Notes: generated from the letters alone by a model not told the origin. A stretch of DNA of 64,000 nt from Balanoglossus misakiensis (GCA_040954595.2 CM082597.2:4531244-4595243); one strand, 5' to 3'. Shown: positions 49,001 through 63,890, counted from the first letter of the stretch. A program made the numbers and translations.

Positions 49001-52000
49001 ATGTATTATTAAATGTACATGATTACAACTACTTTTGTGTTTCAAATTTTAGACAGCTTTAGGAGTCACATGTCAGACGTTCCCACAATTCATCACAATG
49101 ACACAAATACAGCCGTTTCTAAAAATAGATGTCGATTTACAGTTTAGACCAACGTAAGTGTGTAGGCCTAAGTAACAATAGCTACACAGATAGCTACGGC
49201 TTGTTCAACTCAAGCAAAATCTGCTACTTTGCACAGACAATCCGGACAAAACAGGCATTTAAAGGCATTTTTCGAATACAGGAAAGTTACGTTGTAGGCG
49301 TGATGTCATAATTTAGAATACACAAGACCCCCTTGAGTATCTGTGCATCATTCAATGGATATCGAATGAACCTGGAGACCTGTTTTATAGCCCAAACTCG
49401 CCGTAAAATCAGTCATGCGCAAAATTACCACCCATCTCATATTTTTCATGATATGACTGACTGTCTCTTTGCATTGGCGGCTAAGGTGTCTTTTTCGTGA
49501 CTTTTTAGCTGGCCGCTGTCAAAGGATGGAGACGGGGTAACAGTGTTCTTTACCAAAAGATATCTTCTAAACTTTAAGTGTCAGAAACTGGATACAAAGA
49601 CCTATTTTTCGCCTGTGGATATCCACGTAATATCAAAGTATGCTTTCCAGAAAACTCCATCTTCGTAATAACAGAGCACGGAAGTATAGACATAAATGAA
49701 ACAACTGACCATGTGCAAAAAGGAGAAACGTATTATGCTAAGGGACTGCAGAGTAAATGTCAGCATCTAACTGCAACTAATACCGTATAGACAGGTACAC
49801 GGGGATGTAGTGGGTGTGATGTAGCACCCCCATTGAAACAAAACTCGTTTATACAGCGGAAACCTGGTGGCGCTGTTTGCAACAAAAAAGGGAACGACAG
49901 CTTCTCCCAAAGGTCGGAGGTCACCCCTAAAGGTGTTTCCAGGTCAGAGTTACAGACAGTCGTTTATACTTCACTCAGAACACCCCAGACGTTACGTCAT
50001 TGTCAGACGCTATCCATACTAATTCACCGAACGTGAGGTCTTTTAATGGCACGTGGTTTGACTTGGAGTCACAAATACAAAGTACGGGTTGGCCTGCTCA
50101 AAAGAAACAAAGCTACGATAATTTATGGCGCAATTTCAAAATTGGCCGTTTTTCGTCTGAAATAATCGATAAAAAGCCAAAATATCACCCGGAAACTACA
50201 ATTTATGGTAATCATATCGTTATTGGCGTCATACTGCAAGAAGCATCCTTCATTGCCGCAAGTTCACAGATTGCAATCATTTGTGATTTGCAACCATTTG
50301 TCAGAGGTCACTTTGCAAACAACCATACATGCACTGACTTCGGTTGCATCATTGGAGCTCTGCTATGGCGCTTATAACGAAAGTAAATATCTATCTGTCT
50401 CCTATACGCCATATTAACATATATGACAACAGCATGTTTTACTTGTGATGTTCTATTGCACACTGCATTCAGTGTACATACCACACATTTGCTAACATCA
50501 ACCATATCACACAGTAAGTACAATGTATAATGTCAATGTGTAAGTCTGTTTTGATTTTGCTGCCAGAGGAAAGAAGGTATTTTCCTGATGTGTGTCATTT
50601 GCAGACTACAATTACTATAGTATATGGCTCAATGTAATAACACAATTACAAAAGAAAGAATCTCCCCCTGTCTGTCCAGAGGGCGATATGTACTTTTCAT
50701 TTAACACGCATATTAGGTGTTTACCATAACGCCAACTAGTGATACATGTATATAGTATTGCAATACATTTCCAAAGAAACGGTTACTCCTGATATGCGTA
50801 CATTTATTGTCGTAAACTGAAGCTGAGTGGGTAGTTATTCTTGTTGACTGAAAAGAAATAGCACCTGGCAGTTCCTTTTATCATAATACAATCTGGCTCG
50901 CCGCACCTGGCCGCCTCACTAATATGCATTCTTGGTAAATAGGCTACTAGTACCTATTCCGTAATTGTTAGCCAAGATGGCCGCTGACAAAAAATATCAG
51001 CCCCTGATTGGCTAAAGCTTTTAATGACCTCATTCGTGACCTGGAAGATGTGTTATGGGGATTTCGCTATACCCGTACTACACCTGAAAAAAAGTCATCG
51101 ATTTTGGGTGTTTTTGGACATACTCTTCCACCGGTGATGCTTATAGGCGCGACCGATTAGGCTATATACGCTATGCGGAAGTGTGTTCTAATTTGACTGG
51201 CCCACGTGGCCTGTGAAATGTGTACTACATGTTCCGAACTCGCGTCATCTCACGTGTATCAGGTAGACTGCCGTCGACTGATCACATATCATCGCAAGGA
51301 ATTCCAAGAATTGTGTTATACTTGACCTGTTTTTAGATAAAAACTCATTCTTAATTTGACAAAACTGTTTGAATATCCATACATCACGGTCACCCATGTC
51401 AGTAACACATGGCGCCCTGATAACTACTATTGGTGTATTTGTTTTTGTTTGAAAAAAACTATGACTTTATCTGAGTCGACTGGCATTCACAGACAACGTG
51501 ATCTTTCATATGTTAAAACTCCATTTGAATATGCATACAGTACAATCACTCATGTCATTAACACATGGCTCCCTGTCATTACCATTCTAATGAGGTCACC
51601 AACCGGACTATTTTAAATTTGTAAACAAAGTCCTCTTCGGATGGCAAAATTCAGTGGAGGCCCAAGTGTTGGTTTAATTTCTATATAAAAATAAGCATAG
51701 ATAAATATTTTTTTCATATGTAAAAATATGGACGATTGACGATTAGTTTTACCTGTGTACATTTTCATCCCAACGACCTGCACCAAACTGACTGTCGCGA
51801 GATCGGCAGTGCTGGGCCAATGTCGTCGCGTCGTCGTCCGAGCGACAGGTACAAAACTGAGAAATTTATCATAACCCAGCTAAATCCAACTCTATTAAAC
51901 CGCCAAGTAACGCAGGTACACAATTGAAGGTTTTGGAAGCGAAAGAGGAAAGTTTTGGCGTCAAGCTTTTCATATTCACCACCGGAAACTGGCGGCCAGA

Positions 52001-52448
52001 CAGCGCGTGCGACGGTATGGAAATGTACCAACCGAACAACGTGTCAACCTTTACCGTATGAGAGTATTCGCACATTGCGATTGGAGCAAAACAGTTTGAA
52101 CTGAAAGCAAAAGGCAAAAGAAACTAATCCTGCTTTAGTGAAACCTCGACGGACGATGAAATCGAGCTGATGCGCAACAGACAGACCTGTCCTCGCCAAA
52201 ACTGCAATCGTCCAGGTCATGACCTGAGTCACCTGACAGATAGACCGCATAACATCGCTCTTCTTTTTTGCACGAAATAGTTCCAAAAGTTATCGTAACC
52301 ACAGAGAGTTGTATTTGGAAATCAAAATTAGCGGATCGATGTATGTGATAAACATGAAATTCCTCCATATTCCTCACTCGTGTACTTGCGTCCTGAACTC
52401 GTTTTTCCGCGTATAGCTGTATCCCCCGCGCCGATACCGGCCACTTAA

Positions 52449-52866
52449 GGATGTACGCGCAGAACATAAACCGGAAACACTGCGCGCCTCGTCTTTTTCC
52501 CATAGGATTACATTGATAATCGCCAGAAAACAAACTTCTACTATTGTCATGTTCACGAAATTTTACACATAGCTCAGTCCAGCATATATAAATTCATTGG
52601 TCAAATAAAATATAGGGGTCACCGCGCTCTATTTTGAGATAAATTGCGTTAAAAATTTTGCCCATAGACAAACCATTGGTGAAAATGCTGAGTCAGCAGA
52701 TTTCTTCTATTATCGACTAAATTCATGGCTCTGTATTTCTAAAAACAAGCGCGGTGACCCCTATATTTTATTACAGATTTTAATTATACAGTACATACAA
52801 AGGAGAATCCAAAAATCCATAATTAAAAAAAATGACAATACTTTCAATTTTAGTGAACGTACATCC
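52449..52866. mobile_element. Non-autonomous DNA transposon (MITE), Kolobok-like
   Basis: TTAA|GGATGTAC ... GTACATCC|TAAA termini. Internal perfect 25-bp inverted repeat at 52604-52628/52748-52772. A second diverged copy lies at ~59645-60047. A TTAA target with RR..YY ends fits Kolobok. Confidence 0.7.
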
Positions 52867-53029
52867 TAAACAGAGAATCAGTCCGCGACCCAGGCATAGG
52901 CCTAATCGTTCGAAAAACAGGGGGAAGTAAAAATTAAAAAATACTCTAAATGCGACATTGCTCGACACTAACCTAATTCATATATGACTAAGATTAGGAC
53001 CAGATAAACACGATTTTGCAGCTGTTTCT

Positions 53030-53890
53030 TTCTCACAATCGAATATTTATATATGAACATGTACATAAATTTCGCAACGCTTGCTGTGTTGAGTAGTACC
53101 CTTGTTTTTGAGTATCAATGTTTTGACTAACATATTTTATTATAATTATCCTTTCTCGCCGGAATACGCGTACAGCAATGTCAATCTTAATCGGGAGATT
53201 TGTTTCAATGTGTCATTTTATACACGCAAAAAGATATTTTTTGTATAATATATGTTAAATTATTGTCTTTTTAACTACCATTAGCATAAAATTTGAATAT
53301 CGTCGACGATCATGCTTCCCTGGGTAATGACCTAGTGTAGTTCATTTGCAATCATACAGCGACCTCGCCTAGTACATACAAACACACGATATAAACAATT
53401 TCACACATAACTCAGATAAGGACTAGATAAGTACGGTTTCCAGTTGTGTCGTTCTCACACTCGAATTTTTATAAATGAACATAAAACGCTTGATACATCA
53501 GTGATCATTGGATATTGTGCGACAGCATCACTTAGTAACGTGTGGTGAGTATTAATCCTGCATCAACGCTATGGCTAACATACTAGTATTTTATTATAAT
53601 TATCCTTTCTTATATGGAATACGCGTAAACAATGTCATTCTCAATCAAGCGATTGGTGTTAATGTTCATTTTATACACGGAAAAAACATTGAAACGTAAT
53701 TATAAAAATCGGCCAGCCAGATCATTTTTGAGACTTTGTTTATTTTAACAAGAAATAAGCTACAAATCCACATGTGCACATTGCCATCAATCAAGTGCAT
53801 GATTACCGTCACATGTAGTTTCCGTTTAAATAAAATAATTGTCTTTCTAATTACCCATCGAAATTTGAATATCGTCGATGATCCTGCTTG
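53030..53890 (+). repeat. Diverged local tandem duplication upstream of the lectin CDS (~53030-53330 vs ~53450-53890)
   Basis: Shared blocks tattttattataattatcctttct, ggaatacgcgta, cattttatacacg and aaatttgaatatcgtcga. Confidence 0.75.
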
Positions 53891-53974
53891 GTATGTGGTT
53901 ACTTTGTTGTCCACGTTTGTTGTGGTTCGCAGTCAGTGAATGTCCATGTATTTTCTTATAGGTACAGCAATATC

Positions 53975-55812
53975 ATGAGAACTATACTGGCAGTAGTATA
54001 TGTAGCTTTGGCTACTTTCTCTGGAAGTGGTAAGTGTTTGACACTTTACTGCTCTTATTATTTCGCAACATATGTGATGGCCAGCTCTTTGACCTAGGAT
54101 TTATCGGCGGCGTGATTTGGCCTTGCATTTTCCCTGATACGTTCCCCTAACTGACACGTACATGTTGTAACTGGCGTGCATTCTCTGCGCACTGTGACTA
54201 GCTTTCTCTGTGATCTCTCTCATCTAAACATGCCCTGTTGTGAGGCAATCTGTGGAAAATTTAATGTATTGTGACGACAATATAGGCAAGTGTGTGAAGA
54301 CTATGTATTTGTGTAGTACGTCTATATGTTAACAAGAAAGGCAATAAATGGTTTCATTAAACAGAAAAAAAATGAGTTGTGACGACCATTAAAGAAAACT
54401 GTCCCCAATGACAATACATGTACACGTACGTACTATAATTTTAATTGTATGGAATGTGATAACCACGCACCACTTAAGTTCTAAGTACCTGGGTAGTCCC
54501 TATTTTTTATATACATGTAGGTGTTGCTGATGATACATTTTATTACTTATTTGTTTAGTCTTGGCAGCGTGTCCTGCGGCTTACTTGCCTTGGAATGGAA
54601 ATTGCTACCGAGTATTCCAAACGGCAACGCCTTATAAAGATGCGGACGCACAGTGTCAAGCCAGTGCGTCAGGTGCCAATCTAGCTTCTGTTCATTCACA
54701 CGAAGAAAACGTGTTCATAGCATCACTCCTTGCATCCTCCTATACATGGATTGGTTTCGACGATCTTCTTTCGGTAAGACTATTATGTAAATCGACTTGT
54801 AGTTAACAGGATTCGAACCCCAGACCTATTTATCTTTAGACAGATGTTGCGACATTCCGAGTGTAACAACATGGCAAATGTACAGCTGAGATTGCCCCTT
54901 CCTTCCCAAACAAAAACGATTATTAGCTCACTCTGGTCTAGCCTGCTGCCCTCAGTTTGGACTCACCGTTTGAAGCACTTCCCTCTCTCTGCTTCACAAA
55001 GAAATCCCATTCGACTCGTATTAACTGTGTGTACAAACAATCGTGGAAAAGAGTCGTAGACTCTTGCTCAAGATCAATCACTCAAAGCTTGTATGGGGTC
55101 AGAAAGTGGAGTTCACTTTTAAAATCACTCCCACTATACTATTCAATGCAATGTTGACGACGAACTGATTTTTGGTTCAGGAAGACGAAAGATGTTGTGA
55201 TTACATACAGAGCGGAGAATAATCACTCAGATGCGCTGTAGCGCCCTCACTATACGCACATGGTTTACTTTCAGGAGGGAAGATTCACGTGGACCGATGC
55301 TACACCTGTAGATTATCAAAACTGGCTATCTGGTCAACCCGATAATGGTTATGGTACTGGTTTCGAGGAAGACTGTGCTGCAATGCGCCTTGGTGATGGT
55401 TCGTTAACATTTTTGTTACATAAGTAACTCAGGAGTCATGAAAATGGCATGTCATTTGAACACTTTCACCCTGTATGTGAAGATTTTATAAGCAATGTGG
55501 CGAATTGGTCACCTTCCCTTGTATATATTTTGCGAAACATATAGATACTAATTCTGGTACAAAACTGTTCTGGAAACTTGTATAAAACGGCTCAGAACTG
55601 TATCCATCGCTGAAATATTCAATTATTTCGTCAATTACAATGTTCCATGTTTATATAAGGAACTCTGCTTACAAAACACTATAAGGCAAAACATGATGTA
55701 AATTACCTGCACTTCCATTTCAGGTGAATGGGTCGATACAAATTGTGACCAAGTTAATCTGCACTTCGTATGCAAAGCTGAAGACTTTTTGTATGCTGAC
55801 AGTGGGCAGTGA
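53975..55812 (+). CDS. Secreted C-type lectin (single CTLD, 160 aa). Coding exons 53975-54029, 54559-54773, 55275-55398, 55724-55812.
   Basis: Signal peptide MRTILAVVYVALATFSGS. CTLD motifs CPxxYxxWNGNCY, LASVHSxEEN, WIG, FTWTD, NWxxGQPDN, EDCA, WVDxxC, FVCK. All introns are GT-AG and phase-compatible. AATAAA at 55909 and 55931. Confidence 0.93.
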
Positions 55813-56114
55813 TCGTGAAAACTGACAGTGTCTGCATTTTGATGGGTGTTTACCTTTTCCTTTTAAACTGTAAAAAAGCTTAATGTTGACATATGGCGAT
55901 ATATTATCAATAAAGGAATAATGCCAGGAAAATAAAGGGTGTCTCGTGTGCTTCACAGGGGAACATTTGTTGCGAGTCTCGATCAAATACGCAGTGATAA
56001 CATTTGTGATAAATCAACTGTTGCGTGTTTCTGAATAATAATTCACCCTGGCTCTGAGTGGCCGGTACTAACTCTATCCGCTGCTTGTACCGGTATGGGC
56101 AGGCAGGCAGGAAC

Positions 56115-56122
56115 TATTTAAA
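56115..56122 (+). promoter_or_regulatory. Candidate TATA box (TATTTAAA) of the Rh gene
   Basis: Lies ~220 bp upstream of the Rh ATG and ahead of a GC-richer putative 5' UTR. Confidence 0.4.
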
Positions 56123-56339
56123 TAACAAAAGGAGGGGGCAGAGCGAACGCTTGCGTTCCCTGACCTGGTCGTGCAGTCATTGGTAAACATCAGACCTCGC
56201 TGGGCAATCGGAGGAGGAGCTGGTGGTGGTGGCTTCGCTGATCGGACATTTGTTGTGCTGTAGCTGGCAATTGTCTGACACCCTGTTGGGGTAACACGCA
56301 CTGGTTGACGACACGCATAGACAGAGAGGAGGGTGCAAA

Positions 56340-59300
56340 ATGAAGAGGGGCAAGCTCACAGTGGTTCTGCTGGTGTTCCAGCTGTTGTTCCTGATCCTGT
56401 TCGGAGTGCTAGTGGATTACAACGAACACGCCCACGCCAAGGCGGATCAGAATAACAAGGACGCGCAACACGGCGGTGCCGATCCGACCAACAACCAACT
56501 CGGCTACTACTACGCCAGTAAGTCAGATAGAGTAGTCAACGAACTAAAAAGCAACTTTTCTGTTACTTCAATCGACAAAGTTTGTTATTCGATCATATTT
56601 TGTCGCTCGTGTTTAAATTGTCCTTGCATAGATCAACCAGTCGTGTTTAAATCATGATTGAAACTTGTATTCCAAACATGCCCATCGGTACATGAGGATT
56701 AAAAAAATACCATTTCTGATTTAATTCACACTCAGACGTCGCCTATTTAATTAGGCGAGCTACCATGAATTTAACTGTTCATCCACTGGTTACACCATAA
56801 GCCTGGGTCTGTGGCAATACAGATTAGCCATACATTCACTAGCCACATGTACGTACGGCTGTGGTCGACTCGCGTGGTGCACACGCCCCACATCAACTTA
56901 GACTTTACAAATGACAGTTCACTGTGTTTGTGTACATAAGTTGAAACGGCTCTCGTTTTTATGACCTGGACAAATAATAGCGGTACCTGTCGGCATCTCT
57001 ATGCAATGGTATCTAATTGGCCACTTAAAAGTCCTTTCACATGAATCAAATGTCCGCAATAAATTCTTTGTGTCACAACGCTCGTCTTGTTTACTCAATG
57101 ATCAATAAAATGAGTGACAACAATACAGGCGTGTGAATGAATAGTAAAAGGGAAACATTTATGTAGATTTATGTAGATATCTATTCATACTGCCAGCTGT
57201 GTTCATTTAACTCATAATATGCAAATCCATACGATTACAGCATTGGCCACGTGAATGGTGGAATATTGCATTATGTCTGGTGGACACAATCAGCAATTTC
57301 ACCCTTTCTATCTCTGCCGACAAAATTTCCTTTACTTCCACAGAATAACACCTGTCAGTTTATCGTTTTACTGGTCTTGTGCATGTTTACGAAGCATGTG
57401 TTGTTTCGTCTAACATTTCATTTACACTCAGCATTTTGACAGTCCTTGATAAACGTCCTCCCTTTAATATTGAGGTCAACTGGCCGACATCTCTGACATG
57501 GCCAAACAGCTAACTCAAACGCCTTGCATTGATCGTGTGCACTGATTATGAAAGAGTGTTTTATAGCACGGAGTGGGCGTGGCACTTGAAGGACATTCGT
57601 GTACTACAATCCACCGACAACGTCGTTAAAATACGGAAACACCCCCTCTGTCCAGACTTTCTTGCTAATTTCACGTCTAGACAAACCACACATTAAACCA
57701 TGTTTCTTCTGCGTCGTCGAAAAGTACGGTTATATTTTTCGAGATCGAGCCAATCACGCATAATTTGTTGACTTTTTTGTGAATGCCAAAATGGCACGAG
57801 TTAGTTGTATCAAATTCACGAGGGGCGTGCGGGGATGGGGAAAATACCAGCTTAAGATACAGCCTGGCAGTCAGCTCATGTCTCTTACTTTGCAGTAGTA
57901 CACCATACAGAAGTTAATATTTACATTTCAAAAAAAGCTCTTTGGTCTCGAAATCCACCAGAGAGGCCTGAGGTACAGATGAACAAACCGTGCTCAGCTC
58001 AGTTCCGCGGATGCACGAACTCAAACATGTCACGGTTTATGTCAAATCTTGCAAAATATTCTACACACCACTAAACGATAAAAAAAATAATGTCCTTGCG
58101 GTGAAGAAGACAAAACAAGGTCATTTTATTCGTTTCATGTGACTTGTATGTTATCATTGTCTGATAGTGTTACATATATGTTTGTTCAGGGAAGTAGCAT
58201 TATAGTTTATACATTTACCATGGCGCTTATGTTTTATCGACTGACTGTCAATTGTGTAAGACCTGTGCCCGCCCTGACAGAATTGGCAGCGACCCTCTTA
58301 ATTTGATACTGTGCTAGAAGTTTGTTCAGGTGAAGTTTAATGGCGGACTCTACCCCCTGTCCCAGTGTAGCCGGTCTGACCGTTAATAAATTCTTCGAGT
58401 ACTGCAGTAGGCAAAACTTCGAAGTTCTCGGCTTCTTTCACGGGGATGATAGTCGTGGTTTCTTATACATTGTTATCAAGCTTGGGCTCGCTATCTTACT
58501 GTATTAGTCCCTCCCACCCCTCCATCCCTTCCCGAACACGCAATCGCTAATAGAGTCGAAGTTATTTTAATGGTCAGACAATGATGTCTACTACTTTGTG
58601 TTATTATGTAACCACCGATTGTAACACCCCGTATTATTAGTATTATGACCCTGGTATTATGAATCGTTGATAGTAACACCAGATGCTCCGCCTCTAAAGA
58701 TTGCAAAATGAAGTGATGAGACTGTGTCACATGCGATGTGAATCTGTAGCATGCAAAGTTGTATATTCCTGATCCTATGTCTTCTACGTTGACAAGATAA
58801 TTTTATTCATAACACCCAATCGTTTATTTTGGGGTTTGCTCTTAAACTGTGATAAGTTATCCATGTAAAAAAGCATTTAAGTTACGAAAACAATTATTCC
58901 TTTTCAGCAAAATATTTTTACTTATTTATTTATAGTGTTCCAAGATGTCCACGTAATGATATTTATTGGTTTCGGCTTCCTGATGACGTTCTTGAAAAAG
59001 TACGGTTTCGGAAGTGTCGGCTTCAACTTTCTGATTGCGGCTTTCGTCATCCAGTGGGCCACCTTGATGCAGGGCTTCTTTCATATGAAACATGGCAAGA
59101 TTATGGTTGGTATTGAAACGTGAGTATATGACCAGTACTGTGTTGGAAACAAAACTAGTAACTTTAGTTGGTAAACAGAATAAGAATAGTCGGAACCTTT
59201 CCTGAAAATAGTTTGGCTCAACCCAACCCTCTTCAGTGCCATATTCAATGTGATTGTTGGACCTTAACACTGGTAATGGGGGTCATCCTTAATTCACGAT

Positions 59301-62300
59301 TTTTGTTCTTACTATTCTGTCAAATCGGTGACCTATGCCGTTTTCTTTTTTTCCATTGGAAATCCGAATTAGTCGTTCATCAACGGTTCACAACCACATA
59401 GAACGCGCCCTGTAATTATCTTGTTGGACGTTTGCCATCAGAGAGTAGGATTCTTTTAATTCAGTTTTCGCATTTGCGGAATTTCAAATGCCCAGGGCAA
59501 GCATCCCGCGACTTTGTTAAATCCAAAACAGAACCGTGACAAATGGTGCCTTTGCTCAAACTCTGCGGCAAGGGGTCAGTGAGTTTCTGAGGAAGACGCG
59601 CAGAACAAATTGAGTAGTGGCAGGTTGTCATCATCTGCATTTAAGAATGGACGCGCATGTACGATAACGTGGAATTTGCCTCGTCCCATGCAGAGAGAGG
59701 ATTACATTGAGAATTCCTGGATAACCCACTTCAGTTATTGTGATTTGTACGAAGTGTGACACAAAACTCAGTCAAATGATATAAAACTCGTACGGTCACC
59801 ATGCTCAATTTTGAGATAACCTTTGTTGTGTGTATTCACCCATAGAAAAAAAAATGTTTCTGAAAAATGCTGAGTCATCAGTTTTTTCTACTTGAAGGCT
59901 AAATTCGCGGCGTTATATTTCAAAAACAATCACAGTGGCCCCTGTATGTTATTAATTACAGATTTTCAATATACTTAAAAAAGATGATCTAAAATTCCAC
60001 AATGAAAAGAAATGACAATACTTTGAATTTTACTTATTGTACATCCTTCAAGCTGCTGCAAAAATTATCAAAAGGCCACAAGGCTTGGCACTCAACCGAG
60101 ACCCCAGGCACCAGTAAAATGCCTAGAGAGTTCGAAGGGGTTGAACCCACTAACTGCATCACAATGTAATGCCCAGGTGTTGAAGGAATGCAAAACAAAA
60201 AGCTGTGAATAAGAAACAACTTTGAGCGCTGTTTTGTTTATTTTTTGGTTTCAAATGACACGTGGTTGACGTTTCGCTTGCTCTGGCTTCAGTGCAAAAG
60301 AATGAATCGTTTGTCACATTTTCCACGCATGCTACTATACTACTAAACACTAGGATCATGAAAATTCTTTGACTACCACTCATTATAAACTGGTCGATCA
60401 ATTTGGGATGAAGTGACAATGACAAAAGACGTGACGTTTTCCAATGATCATGACATCATTAAAAACTTCTCAAACAGAAACTTCTGCAAAATGCAACAAT
60501 TCTGTCTCCTCTAAATTTAATGCAGGGGTTATTAATAACGTAATGTACGAAAGGAAAAAAGTTTCCAACGAAATTTGTATTTAAATATATTTTGTATTCG
60601 CTGGCATCACTTCGAGTGGCCGGGTTTATATAGGACAAGGTGCATCTTCAGGTAGGGGAATTTCATGTCAAAGGTCGCTCGTTTAATCTGCATCTCCTAG
60701 TCATTAGCTGATACAGGTCATCGTAAATGACATGCAGACATCCAGACGCCAGATAAATCAAATTGACAAACCGTGATATCTGTTCCAGTAGTTAATCGAT
60801 TTATAAATCCAGTTTAAAAACAATTATGTACACTGTTATGATATCAATAACCAATGAGTTCTTTTTTATTCACTATTGTGCGGAGCGCAGAAAGTGTGGA
60901 ATTGTTGTTAAATTGGCAAGCAAATTACAATAACAGTGCAGCATATCAGACTTAAAATACAATATTTCCTTCACCTCTATGCAAACCATCTTCTTTCTGG
61001 CCTATGATAAGATAGTTGTGAGAAGTGACCAACTGAGAATACCGTCGACGCCCCGTCTAAGCGACTTGCAGAATCTCTGCGAAATCAATGCTGCGTTTGT
61101 ATGTTCCACCGCTTATCTGACCTAAAACACATTTTGTCGGCCAGCGCTTTTATGTCCATGAACAAAAATTCGGCCATGTTTGTTTGCCAAGAACCGCCGA
61201 AAAACTGTGGAGGCATCGAACCGATGAAAAGAGTCGGTGTTCTCCGCGGCAAATCGACAACGTCACGGGAATTAATAAGAATGTTGTTGAAATGTGCATG
61301 TTTTGGTTTGTCAGTCAGTCTATGTTCTCTATTGAGTACAGCACGCACATTTCGGCAATCACTGGTAATTAACGAGCATGGTAAACTTAGGTATTTAGTA
61401 GGTGTTTGTATATAAGTACAATATTTACAAGGTGTGAGTATAATTAACAAACAAGGCATGACTTAAAAGTCAGTTGCAATGTGTAAAGTCGTCACTTTAG
61501 CATAAATGCATGTAAACGTTTCACTACATTGTAAAAGGGCGATAAAAGTTAATGACACAGAAGCACTCATCCAAGTATTTTATCTCCTTGTGCAACCTTG
61601 GCTTACTTTTATTTAGGTATGTAGGGTAAACTAGGTGAACATTGTAGTGCACAGTCTACCCTTCCAACCGCAGCCTTGAGATAAGTTTAGAGATGAACCT
61701 AACCACCGTATACCGTAGGCCGTAAGTTGTGAATTCTGCCCTGAAGACAGTTGACTGTCTGTCTCGAGGTTAAAGGCGATTTATGAATCCCCGGCAATTG
61801 TGATGTCCCAACTTAAACTAAATATTGTCACAATACAAGGCAAAGCGTTCACCCATGCATGGTTGATGGTTTTCACCGCATGGGTAACTAACTGTGGTGA
61901 CAGTTTAGAACATGACAGCGACAAACGATCAAATTTGTAATCGATCGTCGTCGTACTTGACCGGGTAGTACAACCGTCCGATTCACAGCCTAAATGAATC
62001 CAAAATGATGTTTGTATATATATATAAAAAATAGGTTAATGTTTATATAAAGCGGTCATTACTTCAGATTAACCAATCTTGGGCAATGTGGAACGCCGTG
62101 AATGGTCTCTCCGCACGTCCATGATCCTTACTGGTTACAGCATCGGGGCACCTGTTAAACACATGTATGAAGAGTGAACGGACAAACCTGACATAGGAAT
62201 TGACCAATCAAAAACAATCTTACATCAAACAATTTCATCGGGTGTCTCAAACACATTAAAACACCTCCCACCAAGAATGGTTTTATTTGCATGCATAGAG

Positions 62301-63009
62301 TCTCTGAACAATTATAGGTCGAGACCAAAACAGCTGTATATATGGCATGTGTTTGACAATGTATGTAGCCAGTTCAATGTAGGTGTTCAAAAACTGATTG
62401 TGGACACTTGATCGATAGATACAAGCCTATATGGCGTGAAATTCAACAACGACAAAGATCATGACCGATTGTTGTTAGGGCGGGGCACATCAAACTGTAC
62501 TCTCACACGGTAGCAAAATATGGCCATTGAAGAGAACATGGATAATGTAGGTCGTGTTGTCGACCTATATAGTTCTCGAATTATTTGACGCTAAATTACC
62601 TATCATGCTTCAACCCTGTGTCCAGCCTACCAGTTTTAAGCGCTGAATTTTTTGTCATTCAAAATCAGATTTATTAAAAAAAATACCAGTTCATCTTCTT
62701 GTGGGTTTAATTTTACATCAAAATTGAAGTAATTGAATCATATGAAAAATTAACGTACAAATGTACAGTAAAATGTCTACCCACTTTTATGAGAGGCCAC
62801 ATGGATATTATGCTACATGGCCACATTTTACGTTATTTTATTTTTCCCCTTTTTGCAGTTTGTTGACGTCCGATTTCGCCAGCGCTGCTGTATTGATCTC
62901 CTTCGGTGCCGTGTTGGGTAAACTTTCTCATGTCCAGTACATCATCATGGCTTTCCTTGAAATCGTCTTCTTCGCTGTCAACGAGTACGTCGGTCTTTAC
63001 TACTTCCAG
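56340..63009 (+). CDS. Rh50: Rh-family (Rh50; RHAG/RHBG/RHCG-like) ammonium transporter, 5' part. Exons 56340-56517, 58936-59119, 62859-63009; the gene continues beyond the window.
   Basis: Signature [26 protein letters not shown] and [21 protein letters not shown] introns with compatible phases, at positions like those of vertebrate Rh genes. Confidence 0.96.
59645..60047. mobile_element. Second, more diverged copy of the Kolobok-like MITE (Rh intron 2)
   Basis: TTAA|GAATGGAC ... GTACATCC|TTCA termini. Internal similarity to 52449-52866 (aaaatgctgagtca, aaatgacaatacttt). Confidence 0.65.
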
Positions 63010-63654
63010 GTGAGTCTTCCGTCGATTACTTAGCTAACTAACTAGCTACTAGCTAGCTAGCTGACTGGCTAACTTAAAGTGTACAGGTGGATTAATGTAC
63101 TGTGGGTTACCTTGTTGTTGAAGGCTAAATAAAACTGGTGGCATTTTTACATGTGATATGCAAATGAGATAAAATAGTCCCATTGAAAGCGTGGTAAAAC
63201 AGCAACTTCGAGACGTCTTAAAATCATCTGCATGATTATGATGTATACTTATAACAATCACAATTATGAATTATACGTATCATCAGTTTTCTTTCACTGG
63301 TTTCAGCACGAGACGACGAAAATTAGTCAGGAGGTCATTGAGTAAATTGTCCGGTTTCTCACATGTACATAATGCAAATATCAATACATGGAACTACTTT
63401 CTGTGTGTAAACATTGATTGTTATGGACGCTGGAGATAATTTTGCAAGTAACGAAACGTGGCGATTATTGAACATTTGGCAACGTTGATATTTTAATACC
63501 CATCCCACCTGTCGTCAGAAGAACCAAGAATCGGTGATCAGTGTACGCGAATCTCCAAATTTACGAAAATTGCTCGCGATCATCAACACTTCCTACTATT
63601 ACCTATGCGATCGATCCTGTGTCAAACGACTGGAAGACTTGACCCTGTGACCTC

Positions 63655-63890
63655 ACTTTGCATAACAATAGTTGTATAATTTGGCCAATCAACTTCCTCT
63701 CAGGTTTGCGTCGTCTGTGCCGCATCACGTCTGTACTGAAAATCAGTACGCGATGGCCGAACATTCATGTTTCATCAAATGTTGGAGAACATATGCGATA
63801 AGAAAAGAAGTCCATGACGTCTGCGCACTACATGTATGTTGGTGAAAGTATTTCAAGCTGTAGAATACACCACATCACTTGTGAAAATAT
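63655..63890 (+). repeat. Dispersed host repeat related to ~45780-46080
   Basis: Shares sequence blocks with the copy at 45780-46080. Confidence 0.6.

Noticed and set aside
58926-59270. 114-aa minus-strand ORF and other short ORFs in 46-64 kb
   Set aside because: They are antisense to Rh exon 2 or lie in introns and repeats, with no recognisable domains.
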